A DNA stretch of 61,179 nucleotides from Candidatus Dojkabacteria bacterium (lineage in GTDB: Bacteria > Patescibacteriota > Dojkabacteria > JAOAGR01). The position numbers and the translations under genes are program-made. Numbering within the stretch: the first letter of the stretch is position 1; every line of letters begins with the position of its first letter. Shown here piece by piece: positions 42,293 through 54,667 of the stretch. The stretch covers positions 1 through 61,179 of the forward strand of contig JAOAGR010000010.1 of NCBI GenBank assembly GCA_026415655.1. Direction: 5' to 3'. The notes below the pieces were generated by a model. The model was given only the letters and a program-made list of their open reading frames with translations, made no database searches and was not told where the DNA came from.

Positions 42293-42652
42293 AATAAATA
42301 ATAAACTAATTTAGAAATATAATATTTTAATTTAATAAAATAATCTTGTTTCTCTTTTGCGATTTTTTTAATTTTTGATCCTACATAGGTAAATAATAAT
42401 ACTTAGTCGCATCTTTTCATGCAAACTTATTGTTAACAAAACTAACAGTAGAATCTCATTACAACAATATTTTTAATACTACGCTTCTATATTTTTACTA
42501 CTTTGGTTAAATATTTTGAAATTTAATTTTTTTAAAATATCAAAAATTCCTATTTTTGATAAAAATGATCCCAAGAATAATTTATTTCATTGTCATAAAC
42601 AAATAAGAATAATTTATAATACATATAAAATCTAATTACTAAATAAAAAACT

Positions 42653-44164
42653 ATGGCTAAAGAAAAACACGCAAATTTAGAAGAACAACTTTTCAAAGCA
42701 GCAGATAAGCTGCGTAAAAATATTGATGCAGCTGAGTATAAACATGTAGTTTTAGGGGCTTATATTTTTTAAATACATTTCCGATAGTTTCAATGAACTA
42801 TACAATAAACTTGCACAGGATGAATTTAGCGATCCAGAAGATAGAGATGAATATAAAGCAGAAAATATCTTTTTTGTGCCAGAACAAGCAAGATGGAGAC
42901 ATATCCAAGCTAAAGCTAAGCTTCCAACTATCGGACAAGAACTTGATGATGCAATGGAAGCCATAGAAAAAGAAAATCCAGAGCTTCGCAATGTTCTCCC
43001 TAGAGTATATGGGAAACCAAATCTGGATAAAGCTTCACTTGGTCAGTTAATCGATTTGATTTCAAATACCGAGCTCAAAGCTGCAAGTGAAGATGCCAAA
43101 GACCTATTTGGACGTGTTTATGAATACTTCCTTGGTGAATTTGCAAATGCCGAAGGAAAAAAAGGAGGGCAGTTCTATACTCCAAAATCTATCGTAAAAC
43201 TAATGGTAGAGATGATTGAGCCGTATAAGGGCCGTGTGTATGATCCTGCTTGCGGGTCTGGTGGTATGTTTGTGATGAGTGAAAAGTTTGTTAAAGAACA
43301 TCAAGGAAGCATAAAAGATATCACGATTTACGGACAAGAATCAAATCAAACAACCTGGAAACTTTCCAAAATGAATCTTGCTATACGCAATATCAACTCG
43401 CAATTTGTAGTTTGGAACACAGAAGGAAGTTTCATAAAAGATGCTCATCCTGATCTCAAAGCTGATTATATTCTTGCTAATCCCCCATTTAATCAATCTG
43501 ATTGGGGCAGGAGTATTTGCAAGGTGATGCTAGATGGAAATATGGAGTACCACCTGCTGGAAATGCGAATTTCGCCTGGATACAGCATATGCTCTATCAC
43601 CTTGCACCTCACGGTGTGATGGCTACAGTCCTTGCAAATGGATGTTTAAGCTCTAATACTTCAGGCGATGGTGAAATCAGAAAAAATCTGATACGAAACG
43701 ACTTGGTAGAATGTATTGTTGCACTCCCAAAACAGCTTTTTTATAATACTGGAATCCCTGCTTATATATGGATACTTCGCAGAGAAAGAAAATCAAGAAA
43801 AAATGAAATTCTTTTTATTGACGCCTCAGAAATGGGGTATATGGCAGACAGAGTTCATAGAGTGTTGAGTGATGAAGATATCAAAAAAATATCTGAAACC
43901 TATCACAACTGGAGAAAAAATCCTGAAAAATACGAAGACATCAAAGGCTTTTGTAAATCCGCTGACCTAAAAGAAGTTGAAAAACACGGGTTTGTGCTCA
44001 CTCCCGGAAGATATGTAGGAATTCCTGATGTACAAGACGATGGAGTACCTTTTGAAGAAAAGATGAAAGAACTTACAAGCAAACTAAAAGAACAATTTGA
44101 AAAAGAAGCAATAATGAACGAAAAGATAAAAAAACAACTGGCAAAGATTGGGTTTAATTTATAA
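42653..44164 (+). pseudogene. hsdM: Type I R-M methyltransferase subunit with two frameshifts (G4 at 42755-42758, G4 at 43504-43507)
   Basis: [21 protein letters not shown] from ATG 42653; [22 protein letters not shown]; frame switches at the G runs. Confidence 0.85.
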
Positions 44165-44176
44165 AGGGCAAATAAT

Positions 44177-45403
44177 ATGACTGACAAAAATTCACACAAT
44201 TCCCAATTCACAATCCCTAACGGTTGGGTAGAGACGACACTGGGGGAGGTGTGCGAGATAATAATGGGGCAATCCCCAAAGGGAGAAACTTATAATTTAG
44301 AGGGTAATGGTTTACCTTTTTATCAAGGTATAACAGAGTTTGATGAAAAATATGTAAAAATTAAAACTTACACATCAGAGCCAACAAAAGTTATAGAGCC
44401 AAATACAATTTTGTTTAGTGTTCGTGCTCCAGTTGGAAGGGTAAATTTTACAAAACACAAGTCTTGTATTGGTCGTGGAAATGCAGGCTTGAAAATGAAT
44501 AATGGAAATCAAGAATTTTTATTTTATTTATTGAGATTCTTAGAAAAGCAAATACAAAATAGAACTTCTGGAACTGTTTTTGATTCAATTAGTGGCAAAG
44601 AATTAAAAGAAATCACAATAATTGTTCCAACAAATCCAAACGAACAAAAAGCTATCGCCTCTGTCCTCTCAGCTTTTGACGATAAAATTGAGCTTTTGAG
44701 AGAACAAAACAAAACACTGGAAGAGATCGGACAGACAATTTTTAAGGAGTGGTTTGGGAAATATTCACCAGAAAGACCTGAAGAGTTGCCAGAAGGATGG
44801 AGAGTTGGGAAGTTGGGAGAAGAATTTGATATTACAATCGGAAGGACTCCACCAAGAGCAGAATCTCAATGGTTTTCAGATACACCAACAAGTAAAAAAT
44901 GGATTTCGATAAAAGATATTGTAAATAGTGGAACATACATTTTTAATAGTTCAGAATACTTAACGGATGAAGCAATAGAAAAATTTAATATTCCAATTAT
45001 CCCAGAAAATACAACTATTTTGAGTTTTAAAATGACTGTTGGAAAACTAACAATTACAACTGAAGAAATGCTTTCAAATGAAGCAATAGCACATTTAAAA
45101 TTGAAAAATGATTCTGTTTTGAGCTCAGAATTTATTTATTTATGTTTAAAAAATTTAAATTTCAATGCACTTGGTAGTACTTCATCAATTGTAACGGCTA
45201 TCAATTCAACAATGATAAAAAATCTTGAAGTTATTATTCCATATCATGAAACTATGAAAAAATTTGACGAAGCGATTCAGCCAATTTTTGCTAAAATAAA
45301 AGATAATTCAGAACAAATCCAAACCCTCGCTCGCACTCGTGATACACTGTTGCCGAAATTGATGAAGGGTGAGTTGAGGGTAAGTGGGTTTGGTAATAAT
45401 TAG
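44177..45403 (+). CDS. hsdS: Type I R-M specificity subunit (two TRDs)
   Basis: IPNGWVETTLGEV, EQKAIASVLSAFDDKIEL central helix, LARTRDTLLPKLMKGE. Confidence 0.93.
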   Translation: MTDKNSHNSQFTIPNGWVETTLGEVCEIIMGQSPKGETYNLEGNGLPFYQGITEFDEKYVKIKTYTSEPTKVIEPNTILFSVRAPVGRVNFTKHKSCIGRGNAGLKMNNGNQEFLFYLLRFLEKQIQNRTSGTVFDSISGKELKEITIIVPTNPNEQKAIASVLSAFDDKIELLREQNKTLEEIGQTIFKEWFGKYSPERPEELPEGWRVGKLGEEFDITIGRTPPRAESQWFSDTPTSKKWISIKDIVNSGTYIFNSSEYLTDEAIEKFNIPIIPENTTILSFKMTVGKLTITTEEMLSNEAIAHLKLKNDSVLSSEFIYLCLKNLNFNALGSTSSIVTAINSTMIKNLEVIIPYHETMKKFDEAIQPIFAKIKDNSEQIQTLARTRDTLLPKLMKGELRVSGFGNN

Positions 45404-45435
45404 GGATTTGATTATGATAAAACAGAATAAAAATT

Positions 45436-45460
45436 GTAAAGACGCGTTGCAATGCGTCTC
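45436..45460. repeat. Degenerate REP-like palindrome
   Basis: GTAAAGACGCGTTGCAATGCGTCTC. Confidence 0.65.
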
Positions 45461-45896
45461 GAAAAAACATGGGCGATGCATCTCAAGAAATAGACATTAC
45501 ATCTCGAAATATAGGCATTTCGTACCTATAGATAGGCAATCTGTCCCCACGAAAAGCGAACCAGCCGAAAAATTCCAAAACAAATACCGCATACAGTCAA
45601 CCAGATTAAAAGGATATGATTATTCACAAAACGGGGCGTATTTTATCACCATTTGCACCAAAAACCGTGAACGTTTTTTCGGGGAAATTTACAACTGAAA
45701 AATGATATTGTCGGAAATGGGTAAAATTGTCGTCAATGAATGGATAAAAACCCCAGAAATACGAAAATATGTAAAATTGGGGGAATGGGTAATAATGCCA
45801 AATCATTTTCATGCAATTGTAATTTTAAATAATGAATATGATGATTATAACAATGACAATGACGATAACGGTGATGGTAACGGTAACGGTGACGAC

Positions 45897-45924
45897 GTAG
45901 AGACGCATTGCTATGCGTCTCTAC
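45897..45924. repeat. GTAG-type REP palindrome inside the RAYT ORF
   Basis: GTAGAGACGCA-TTGCTA-TGCGTCTCTAC, perfect 11-bp inverted arms. Confidence 0.85.
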
Positions 45925-45932
45925 GGAATAAA

Positions 45933-46037
45933 AATGCGTCTCTACAAAATAACAATGCGCCTCTACAAAATGACCATGCGTCTCTGCAAAATGACCATGC
46001 GTCCCAACATAACGGCAATGCGTCTCTACAGAATAAC
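45933..46037 (+). repeat. About five 21-nt tandem repeats derived from the REP right arm
   Basis: Units like AATGCGTCTCTACAAAATAAC encoding NASLQNN variants. Confidence 0.75.
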
Positions 46038-46332
46038 AACAATAATGCGTTTTCAAACCATAATAACGACAATGCATCATTATATAATTGCAACGAATAT
46101 AAAAACAAATTTGGGCCACAATCAAAAAATTTATCTGCAATTGTTCGTGGATTTAAAGGTGCAGCAACAAAACAAATTCATTTATTAGGATTTTCCAATT
46201 TTTCATGGCAATCAAGATTTTATGAACACATCATCAGAAATGAAAAAGAATATTATCGTATTGCTGAATATATCATCAACAATCCTCTAAATTGGAAAAC
46301 TGATGATTATTTTATAATTTAATAACTTTACT

Positions 46333-49300
46333 ATGCCTACACTAAACGAATCACAAATAGAACAAATCTTGATAGGTTTGCTAAAATCACAAGGCTACGA
46401 ACATTTTTACGGTCCGGACATTGCTCCATATTCTTCTAATCCCCAAAGAGAAAGTTTTGCTTCTGTAGTGTTTGAAAGTCATCTGAAAGAATCATTAAAA
46501 AGACTCAATCCTGATGTGCCAGAATCTGTCAGACACGAAGCCTACCAGCACATTATCAAGCTTGAATCATCGGACCTTATGGATAATAATGAAAAGTTCC
46601 ATAACTACCTAACAGATGGAATCAATGTAGAATATTTCAAAGATGGAAACAGCAAAGGAATAAATGTTCGATTACTTGACCTTGAGAATATATCAAATAA
46701 TAGCTTTTGGGTAGTCAATCAATTTGTCATCAAGGAATCATCCACTTTAGGGGAAAGAGGGGCTGAAAAAAGACTTGATGTTGTAATCTTCGTCAATGGG
46801 CTTCCTTTAGTTGTTATAGAACTAAAAAGTCCAATTGATGAAAAAGCAACACTTGAAAAAGCCTATACACAAATCCAAAACTACAAAAAAGCTATTCCAA
46901 GTATTTTTTACTACAATGCACTTTGCATTATTTCTGATGGGATAGATGCCAGAGTTTCGTCTGTTTCTGCACCGTTCTCTCGCTTTCTTCCCTGAAAATC
47001 ACCCGAAAAAAGTGAAAATAGCAAACTGCCGGAAATCAAAATCATGGCAGAAAGAATGCTAAATAAAGAAGTGTTGCTTCGCCTTATCAGATACAACACA
47101 GTATTTGAACAAGAAGAGATAAAAGATGAAAAAACAGGGCTTTTTTCGGTTGTAAAAGTCAAAAAAATCGCAGCTTATCATCAATATTATGCAGTAGAAA
47201 AGGCTGTAAAAGAAACACTTAGAGCTACACATGAAAAGGAAGGAAATAGAAAGATAGGTGTAGTATGGCACACACAAGGATCAGGAAAATCACTTTCAAT
47301 GGTTTTTTATACTGGGCAAATCGTCGTCCATCCAGAAATGAAAAATCCAACCATCGTAGTTTTGACTGACAGAAACGACCTTGATAATCAGCTTTTCACC
47401 ACTTTTGGAAATTGTAAGCAATTGCTTAGACAAACTCCAGTCCAAGCAGAAAGTAGAGAACATTTAAAAGAATTATTGAAAGTAGCAGGTGGTGGGATAA
47501 TTTTCACCACTATACAAAAATTTGCTCCTACCGAGGGAAATGTTTATGAAACACTATCGGAGAGAACAAATATTGTGGTTATTGCAGATGAAGCCCATCG
47601 CAGCCAGTATGGATTTAAGGGTAGAGTTATCGAAACAGAAGATGGATCAGAAATTAGATATGGAAACGCAAAGTATGTAAGAGATGCTCTACCAAATGCA
47701 TCATTTATTGGCTTTACCGGCACTCCAATAGAAAAAGAGGACAAATCCACTAGAGGCGTTTTTGGTGATGAAATAGATATTTATGATATAAAGCAAGCTG
47801 TAGATGATGGAGCAACAGTGCCAATTAGTTTCGAATCAAGACTTGTAAAAATTAAGCTTAACGATAAAGTCGTCGGTAAAATAGACTATGCAATTGATGA
47901 AATTGAAGGCGCAACTCCGGAACAAATAGAAAAGGCCAAACGAAAAAACGCCCAAATAGATGCAATCGTCGGGCATCCAGACAGATTAAAAGATATTGCA
48001 AACGATTTAGTTACACACTTTGAAGCAAGACAAAAAGCCTTTGAAGGTAAAGCAATGATTGTATGTATGACCAGACAAATTGCGGTCAATCTCTATCAAG
48101 AAATAATAAAACTTCGTCCAGAGTGGCACAATGAAGATCTAATGAAAGGCACAATTAAAGTTGTTATGACTTCTAGTAGTGATGATCCAGAAAGTTTTCA
48201 ACCACATCATACGAGCAAAGAAGACAGAAAGAAACTTGCAGTGAGATTCAAAGATCCAAACGATGAATTAAAAATTGTAATTGTTCAGTCCATGTGGCTT
48301 ACTGGTTTTGATGTGCCTTGTTTGCATACGATGTATATTGATAAAAAAATGCAAGGTGCAAATCTGATGCAAGCCATTGCTCGTGTCAATCGTGTGTATA
48401 AAGACAAACCCGGCGGACTAATTGTTGATTATATTGGTATTGGACAAGATCTAAGGGATGCAATGGCTGTTTATATTCAAAGTGGTGGCGAAGGCTAAGC
48501 AGTGCTTGATATTGAAGAAATTATTAAAGAGATGAAAACGAAGTTTGAGATTGTAGAGCAGATGTTTCATGGATTTGAATATAAAAGATATTTTAAAGTG
48601 GATAATAGTGAAAAACTAAAAATTTTACTCGATGCAACAAACTTTATTTTGAAGAATGAAAACCTAAAAAATAAATTTCTTTCTGAAGTTATGGCCCTTT
48701 CAAAACTTTATGCAATGGCAGTTCCTAGTTATGAATCACAAGTAATAAGAGACGAAGTGGCATTTTTCCAAGCTGTAAAATCTCGTATAAATAAATTTAC
48801 TCCAAGTGGGGGTAAATCAGATAAACAAGTAGAAACAGTAATAAAACAAATAGTTGATGAAGCTTTGGCCAGTGATGGAATAGTTGATATTTTTGAAGCA
48901 GCAGGAATCAAAACCCCGACAGTGGGCATTTTGTCAGATGAATTTTTGCTTGAAATCAAAAACATGGAGCAAAAAAATCTTACTTTTGAACTTTTAAAAA
49001 AATTAATCAGCGATGAAATAAGAATAAGAAAAAAAAGAAATTTGGCACAAGGAAAAAAGTTCAGTGAAATGCTCCAAAATGCTATTAAAAGATATCACAA
49101 TAACCAAATAGACTCAACTCAGATCATTCAAGAATTATGTGAAATTGCTCGTGAAATGAAACTAGAAGACAAAAAGGCGGAAGACTTAGGACTTACCCCA
49201 GAAGAATATGCATTTTACTGCATTCTTGCAAAAAATGAATCAACAAAATTTTTAGAGGATCACAAAATGAAAGAACTGATCCATGTAATAGTTGATACAA

Positions 49301-49476
49301 TTCGCAAAAATGCAACGATAGATTGGGAAAAAAGAGAAGATGTAAGAGCAAAACTTCGTTTAACTGTTAAAAAAATACTAATGAGATATGGTTATCCACC
49401 AGATCTTGCAAAAATTGAAGCGGAGAGAGTCATTGAACAAAGCGAATTATTTGCAGCTGAACTAATAAACCAATAA
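46333..49476 (+). pseudogene. hsdR: Type I R-M restriction subunit with in-frame TGA (46993-46995) and TAA (48496-48498)
   Basis: LDVVIFVNGLPLVVIELK nuclease motif, [32 protein letters not shown]; all three ORF pieces share one frame. Confidence 0.9.
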
Positions 49477-49678
49477 ATCATTTCAACTTAATTTGAATCC
49501 ATAAAAACCTTCTTTCTATAAAGGTAAAATGAGTTCATCAAGATTTCGACATATATTGATTGCTTAATAGATAAAAATATATATCAACAATGATAGTCAG
49601 ATAAAACATCGTAATATTCTGGAATATCATAATCCTAAGAGGATGATCTAACAAAGTGAGTAATATTCATTAAAAATT

Positions 49679-50695
49679 TTATTTATTTGCAGCCTTTCTG
49701 AGTCTATTCATTATTGCCCTACCTATTCCTTCTTCAGGAAATATTTCAGAAATTATTACATCTACACCTACGTGATCGAATTCTCTCAACGCATCGAAAA
49801 TATTTCTTGCAACAGCATTTAGATCATTTCTCGATCCAACACTTATCACTATATCAGCTTTATCTTGATACATACCTTTTGTTTCATCAGTGGTCAAGAC
49901 CCCAACTTTGTTACCTTGAGATTTGAACCTTTCTAGCAAGGTTATAACATCATACGCTAAAATCAACTCAGCCTCAGGTGCATAATGTCTATATTTCATA
50001 CCTGGAGATATAACTTGTGATTCAGTTTTATTAGATGAAAACAATCTAACATCGGATAATACTTCAGTTATCTGTTCGAAAGTAATACCTCCCGGTCTCA
50101 AAATAGTGTATGGCTTTGATCTCATGTCAATTACAGTTGATTCTAGTCCTACAGTACATTCACCTCCATCTATAATCATATCTATTTTACCATTAAAATC
50201 CTCTATTACATGCGATGCTTTTGTTGGTGATGGCCTGCCCGACAAATTGGCTGATGGTGCTGCAATAGGTACACCAGATCTTTTTATCAATTCTAATGCA
50301 ATCGGATGATTGGGCATTCGGATGGCTACAGTTTCTGTAAACGCAGTCGTTTCATCAGGTACGATATCTTTTTTGTTCAAAACAACACTCAAGGGTCCCG
50401 GCCAAAACTTGTTTACTAACTTTTCAACATCTTTATGCACATCTCTAGCCAGTTTGTATAGCTCCTGGATATCAGCGATATGTACGATCAGAGGATTATC
50501 TATCGGTCTACTCTTTGCATGAAAAATTTTTCTAACTGCATCAGCATTCAAAGCATTAGCACCTAGCCCATAGACAGTCTCTGTAGGAAAGGCTACAAGA
50601 CCACCCATTGTTATAACTTCAACAGTATAATCAATGTAAATATATGAAATGTCATTGGAATCTATCTTAAATATAATGGTATTCATAAAAATCAA
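49679..50695 (-). CDS. sua5: L-threonylcarbamoyladenylate synthase (Sua5/YwlC, with C-terminal Sua5 domain)
   Basis: VAFPTETVYGLGANA, NPLIVH, APSANLSG, SPGMKYRHYAP, MNRLRKAA. Confidence 0.93.
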   Translation of the reverse strand: MIFMNTIIFKIDSNDISYIYIDYTVEVITMGGLVAFPTETVYGLGANALNADAVRKIFHAKSRPIDNPLIVHIADIQELYKLARDVHKDVEKLVNKFWPGPLSVVLNKKDIVPDETTAFTETVAIRMPNHPIALELIKRSGVPIAAPSANLSGRPSPTKASHVIEDFNGKIDMIIDGGECTVGLESTVIDMRSKPYTILRPGGITFEQITEVLSDVRLFSSNKTESQVISPGMKYRHYAPEAELILAYDVITLLERFKSQGNKVGVLTTDETKGMYQDKADIVISVGSRNDLNAVARNIFDALREFDHVGVDVIISEIFPEEGIGRAIMNRLRKAANK

Positions 50696-50790
50696 ATATC
50701 TAATTAAACCTTGACGTTAAATAATAAATTATACACTATACACTATATACTATGATCTTGACATTTGCTTCGAAGATGATAAAATGAATT

Positions 50791-53127
50791 ATGGTAAATT
50801 TAAAATTCATATTCAAGATTATTTTTTTTCCTTACAGGTTGTATATTATCCGCTATAATATTTATATCAAATAATCCTGACCAAATAGTACTTGCCAATC
50901 CAAATGCTTTCAAAATCACAGTAAAGACAAATAATCCTGGATCTAGTGCAAGTAATCAGTTTACAATACCTACTACAGGTGGAGGATATAATTATAATGT
51001 AGATTGTAATGGAGATGGTACAAATGAATACATAAATCAGACTGGCAATGTGACATGTACATATTCATCCCCAGGTACATATCAAATATGGATAACAGGG
51101 ACATTTCCAAGAATATACTTTGACGACACCGGAGACAAATTAAAGTTATTATCTATAGATCAATGGGGAAATATAGTATGGCAAAGCATGGAAAGTTCAT
51201 TTTCCGGATGTTCAAACATGGTATTAAATGCCACTGACGTACCGAATCTGTCTAATGTGTACAGTATGGCACTCATGTTTGCTAACGCCACATCTTTAAC
51301 GACTAATTCTGCGATGAGTTCTTGGAATACTAGTAATGTTCAAGATATGGGCGGAATGTTCGCTGGAGCCACATCATTTAATCAGCCAATAGGCTCTTGG
51401 AATACTAGCAATGTTCAGGATATGAGTTACATGTTTTATGGAGCCACTTCATTTAATCAACCAATAGGTTCTTGGAATACAAGTAATGTTCAATATATGA
51501 ATGGAATGTTTTCTGAGGCCACTTCATTTAATCAGCCAATAGGTTCTTGGAATACAAGTAATGTCATAGATATGTATGAAATGTTTTTAGAAGCTACGTC
51601 ATTTAACCAACCAATAGGTTCTTGGAATACTAGCAATGTTCAGGATATGAGTTACATGTTTTATGGAGCCACTTCATTTAATCAACCAATAGGCTCTTGG
51701 AATACTAGCAATGTTCAGGATATGGGTGCAATGTTTTATGGGGCTACATCATTTAATCAACCAATAGGCTCTTGGAATACTAGCAATGTTCAGAATATGA
51801 GTTACATGTTTTATGGAGCCACTTCATTTAATCAGTCTATAGGTTCTTGGAATATAAGTAATGTCATTAATATGTTATATATGTTAAGCAATTCGAACAT
51901 AGATGTTAATAATTATGATGCTACACTAACTGGTTGGGCTTCACAATCTGTTCAGCCGAATCTCGTTTTAGGAGCAAATGGATTAAAATATGGATTAAAA
52001 TATTGTAGTGCTGTTTCAGCTAGAAATACATTAATAAACGCACCCAATAATTGGACAATAAATGGAGATACACTTGATTGTGCTCCAACTGTTACAAATG
52101 TTACTTCTTCCACACCCGATGGAACATATGGAATAGGAAATACAATATTCATTCAGATTCAATTTAGCGAATTAGTAAATGTAACAGGTACGCCAACATT
52201 AGCTTTAAATAGTGGAGGTAGTGCAACATATACTTCGGGATCTGGAAGTAACACATTGACATTCACATATACTGTGGCATCGGGACATAATAGTGCAGAT
52301 TTAGATTATGTGAACGTCAATGCTTTATCTTTATCAGGGGAAGTATAAAAGATTCAGGAATGAATAATGCTGTATTAACTTTACCAACGCCAGGAAGTGC
52401 AAATTCGCTTGGAGGTAATAAAAATATAGTCATAAATACAACGTCATCTCCATCTCCTTCTCCATCTCCTTCTCCATCCCCAACACCTACACTTAATCCA
52501 TCCCTTACTACTACTCCATCTCCAACTACTGGTGATATTAATCCTTTAATAGTTATATACGGTTTGTATCCGGCATCGAATAACAACGGAATAGTATATA
52601 TAACCACAAACACTCCTTTCAAAATGATTATCTCGCAAAGTAAATCGGGTAACGCACCATATAATTATGAATTCAAAGGTGTATGTTCAGGTACATCTAA
52701 TAACAGTTCATCAACTTCGTTTCTATCGAATAGTATTAGCATCAAAGATCCTGGTGAATATATATGTATAGCTAAAGTAATAGATTCAGACGGTGATAGT
52801 GCAATAGAGTCAGTTAAGATTATTGCTATGAGTGAAACTCCTGTCGCTACCAACATGCCTACACCTACTCCAACATCTACTCCAACAATAGCTCCCACGT
52901 CACCAGATACAACGGAAAAAACTATTACACCCAGTCCAACAACTAATAATGAGTTAGAAGTAACCGAAACGAATCCAATTGACACTACAACGACAACGAA
53001 CACGGCCGAATCTAAGAATAATAGTCAACAAAATAATCCATTTAATTTTTGGTTGCTGTTGATACCGATAATTTTGATATTGATTGCATTATTTGGATAC
53101 TGGTATTATAAAAGGGAAAATAAATGA
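50791..53127 (+). CDS. BspA/DUF285-like surface protein with 25-aa repeats, Ig-like segment, P/S/T linkers and C-terminal TM; two apparent frameshifts (T8 50822-50829, G4 52337-52340)
   Basis: ORFs 51050-52348 and 52360-53127 join if single indels are corrected; ATG 50791 then gives a signal peptide ([17 protein letters not shown]...). Confidence 0.75.
51320..51880 (+). repeat. Seven full plus one partial 75-bp tandem repeats
   Basis: [25 protein letters not shown] units; first at 51320, eighth at 51845 (7 x 75 bp). Confidence 0.92.
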
Positions 53128-53178
53128 TATATCCATTGAAAACTTATTTATACTCAAGGTTCTCATAGTAAGCTATAT

Positions 53179-53442
53179 TTATGGATGAGAATGTGGTCTC
53201 CACCGAATAATTCCACGGTTATCACGTCTTACTTCGACCGCACATTCATTATCATCATCAAGCACTAGTATTTCGGGTATGTCTATTTCATCCGGTTGAC
53301 GATCAAAAAATGATACTGTAGATCCTTTCAGTCCTCTTATTTCATATTCGATTCTGATAACTTCTTGAGGTCCATAACGAAGACATAGGAACTCTAATAT
53401 TATTTTTAATAAACAAGGATGACTAAGACATAGCATCTTCAC
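53179..53442 (-). CDS. Hypothetical protein
   Basis: 87-aa ORF only. Confidence 0.35.
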   Translation of the reverse strand: MKMLCLSHPCLLKIILEFLCLRYGPQEVIRIEYEIRGLKGSTVSFFDRQPDEIDIPEILVLDDDNECAVEVRRDNRGIIRWRPHSHP

Positions 53443-53457
53443 ATTAAAAAGATGAAA

Positions 53458-54651
53458 TTAGTTATCAAAAATACAATCCTTACCTGGTGGTCTTTTACTA
53501 TAAACAAAAAACAAAAGAAAACAATTAGGCAGTAAAAACCTATCTATAAGATTAGAAGCTGCCGACCACCAATATGACAGGTGAATTAATAAAAATAGAA
53601 TAGAACAAATCAAAATAAATATTTCTAATCTTGTCTTCCACGGCCTTACGAAAAATAATAAGTATACGAAAAAAGCATAAGAGGGTATTAGTTTCCATAC
53701 ATTAACCAGAAGATATGACAATGAAAATGAACTAGACTCTGCAAAACCATATAATGATTGCTTATAAGCCACGTTATTTGGTGAATTTATAGATTCCCAC
53801 CACACGTATCCATTAAAAAAAATACTTCCCGAGACCCAATAATTCCATAAAATTTGTGGAATATATACTATAAATACACCCAGGAATAGAAAAAAAACTT
53901 TTTTATATCTTTTGAGAAGACTAAATCTAGAACTATAGGAAGTAATAATATAACAGAGGTTGTTCTAATAAGAATCGTTGCCCCAAAAAGGAAGCCTAGT
54001 AAAATAAAATTTAAAATTTGCTTTTGGAATAGCGTTTTTACAGAATTAGATTTAAGCCTATAATAAAAGTGATAGCTAAGTAACAAAAATAAAATTGCTA
54101 AAGGTTCTGATAGCGGAACTAATCCTAAAAAGTTATATTTTAGTAAAGGATCCACCGCAAATAATATATTGTTAAAATAATAAAATGCAATGATCAGAAA
54201 GAGAATAAGAGATTTTTTATAATTTAGACGACGAAAAATAAGAAAAAAAATCGCAGGAACGATTATAAATGCCTGTATAAAAATCACCTCATCCATAATC
54301 ATTCGCCAATCATTTGTGAAATTTTCTAAAATAATAAATGGCATATAAAATGCCGGATATCCCAAAGTATAGGGATATTTAGCATTTTCACCGGCTAAAA
54401 TGTTGTAAGCCAATTCAAACATATAGTCTTTGATCTCCGAAATTTTCCAAAATCTGGGACTCGAATAACCATGAGCCATTTTGTGATAAAAGAAAAATAT
54501 TGATTAATAAGACAAATGCAACGACGCAATAAGCAATGCGGTTACGAATTAATCTGCTTTTCAAACTATTAAACAAAGACTTAAGTTTCATATTATTAGG
54601 TATTATAATATCTAATTTTGAATAAGAAAATATATTTTGAATAATGCTCAA
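53458..54651 (-). pseudogene. GT-C/PMT-like membrane glycosyltransferase split into three ORFs by frameshifts
   Basis: GDQRLY...YTLGYP, LSEPLAILFLL, LIRTTS pieces join across indels near 54420, 53890 and 53825. Confidence 0.6.
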
Positions 54652-54667
54652 ATAAGATCAAATTATT

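Larger units (their letters stand above)
45384..46322 (+). mobile_element. REP-associated tyrosine transposase (RAYT, IS200-like), with in-frame TGA at 45696-45698
   Basis: RLKGYDYSQNGAYFITICTKNR, HUH motif MPNHFHAIV, WQSRFYEHIIR, YIINNP. Confidence 0.85.

Noticed and set aside
42755-43507. Phase variation of hsdM by poly-G slippage
   Set aside because: The runs are only 4 G, too short for typical contingency tracts, and similar indels occur throughout the window.
331-52152. Many short antisense or overlapping ORFs in the track (for example 331-531, 14885-15151, 39476-39862, 45733-46140)
   Set aside because: They are shadows of well-supported genes on the other strand or frame, with no motifs of their own.
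5169-53127. Full reassignment of TGA (genetic code 4 or 25)
   Set aside because: TGA ends several genes at plausible positions (parB 6068, 18764 with ATGA overlap, 37207, 40653, 53127), and read-through there gives nonsense; only partial or leaky decoding remains possible.
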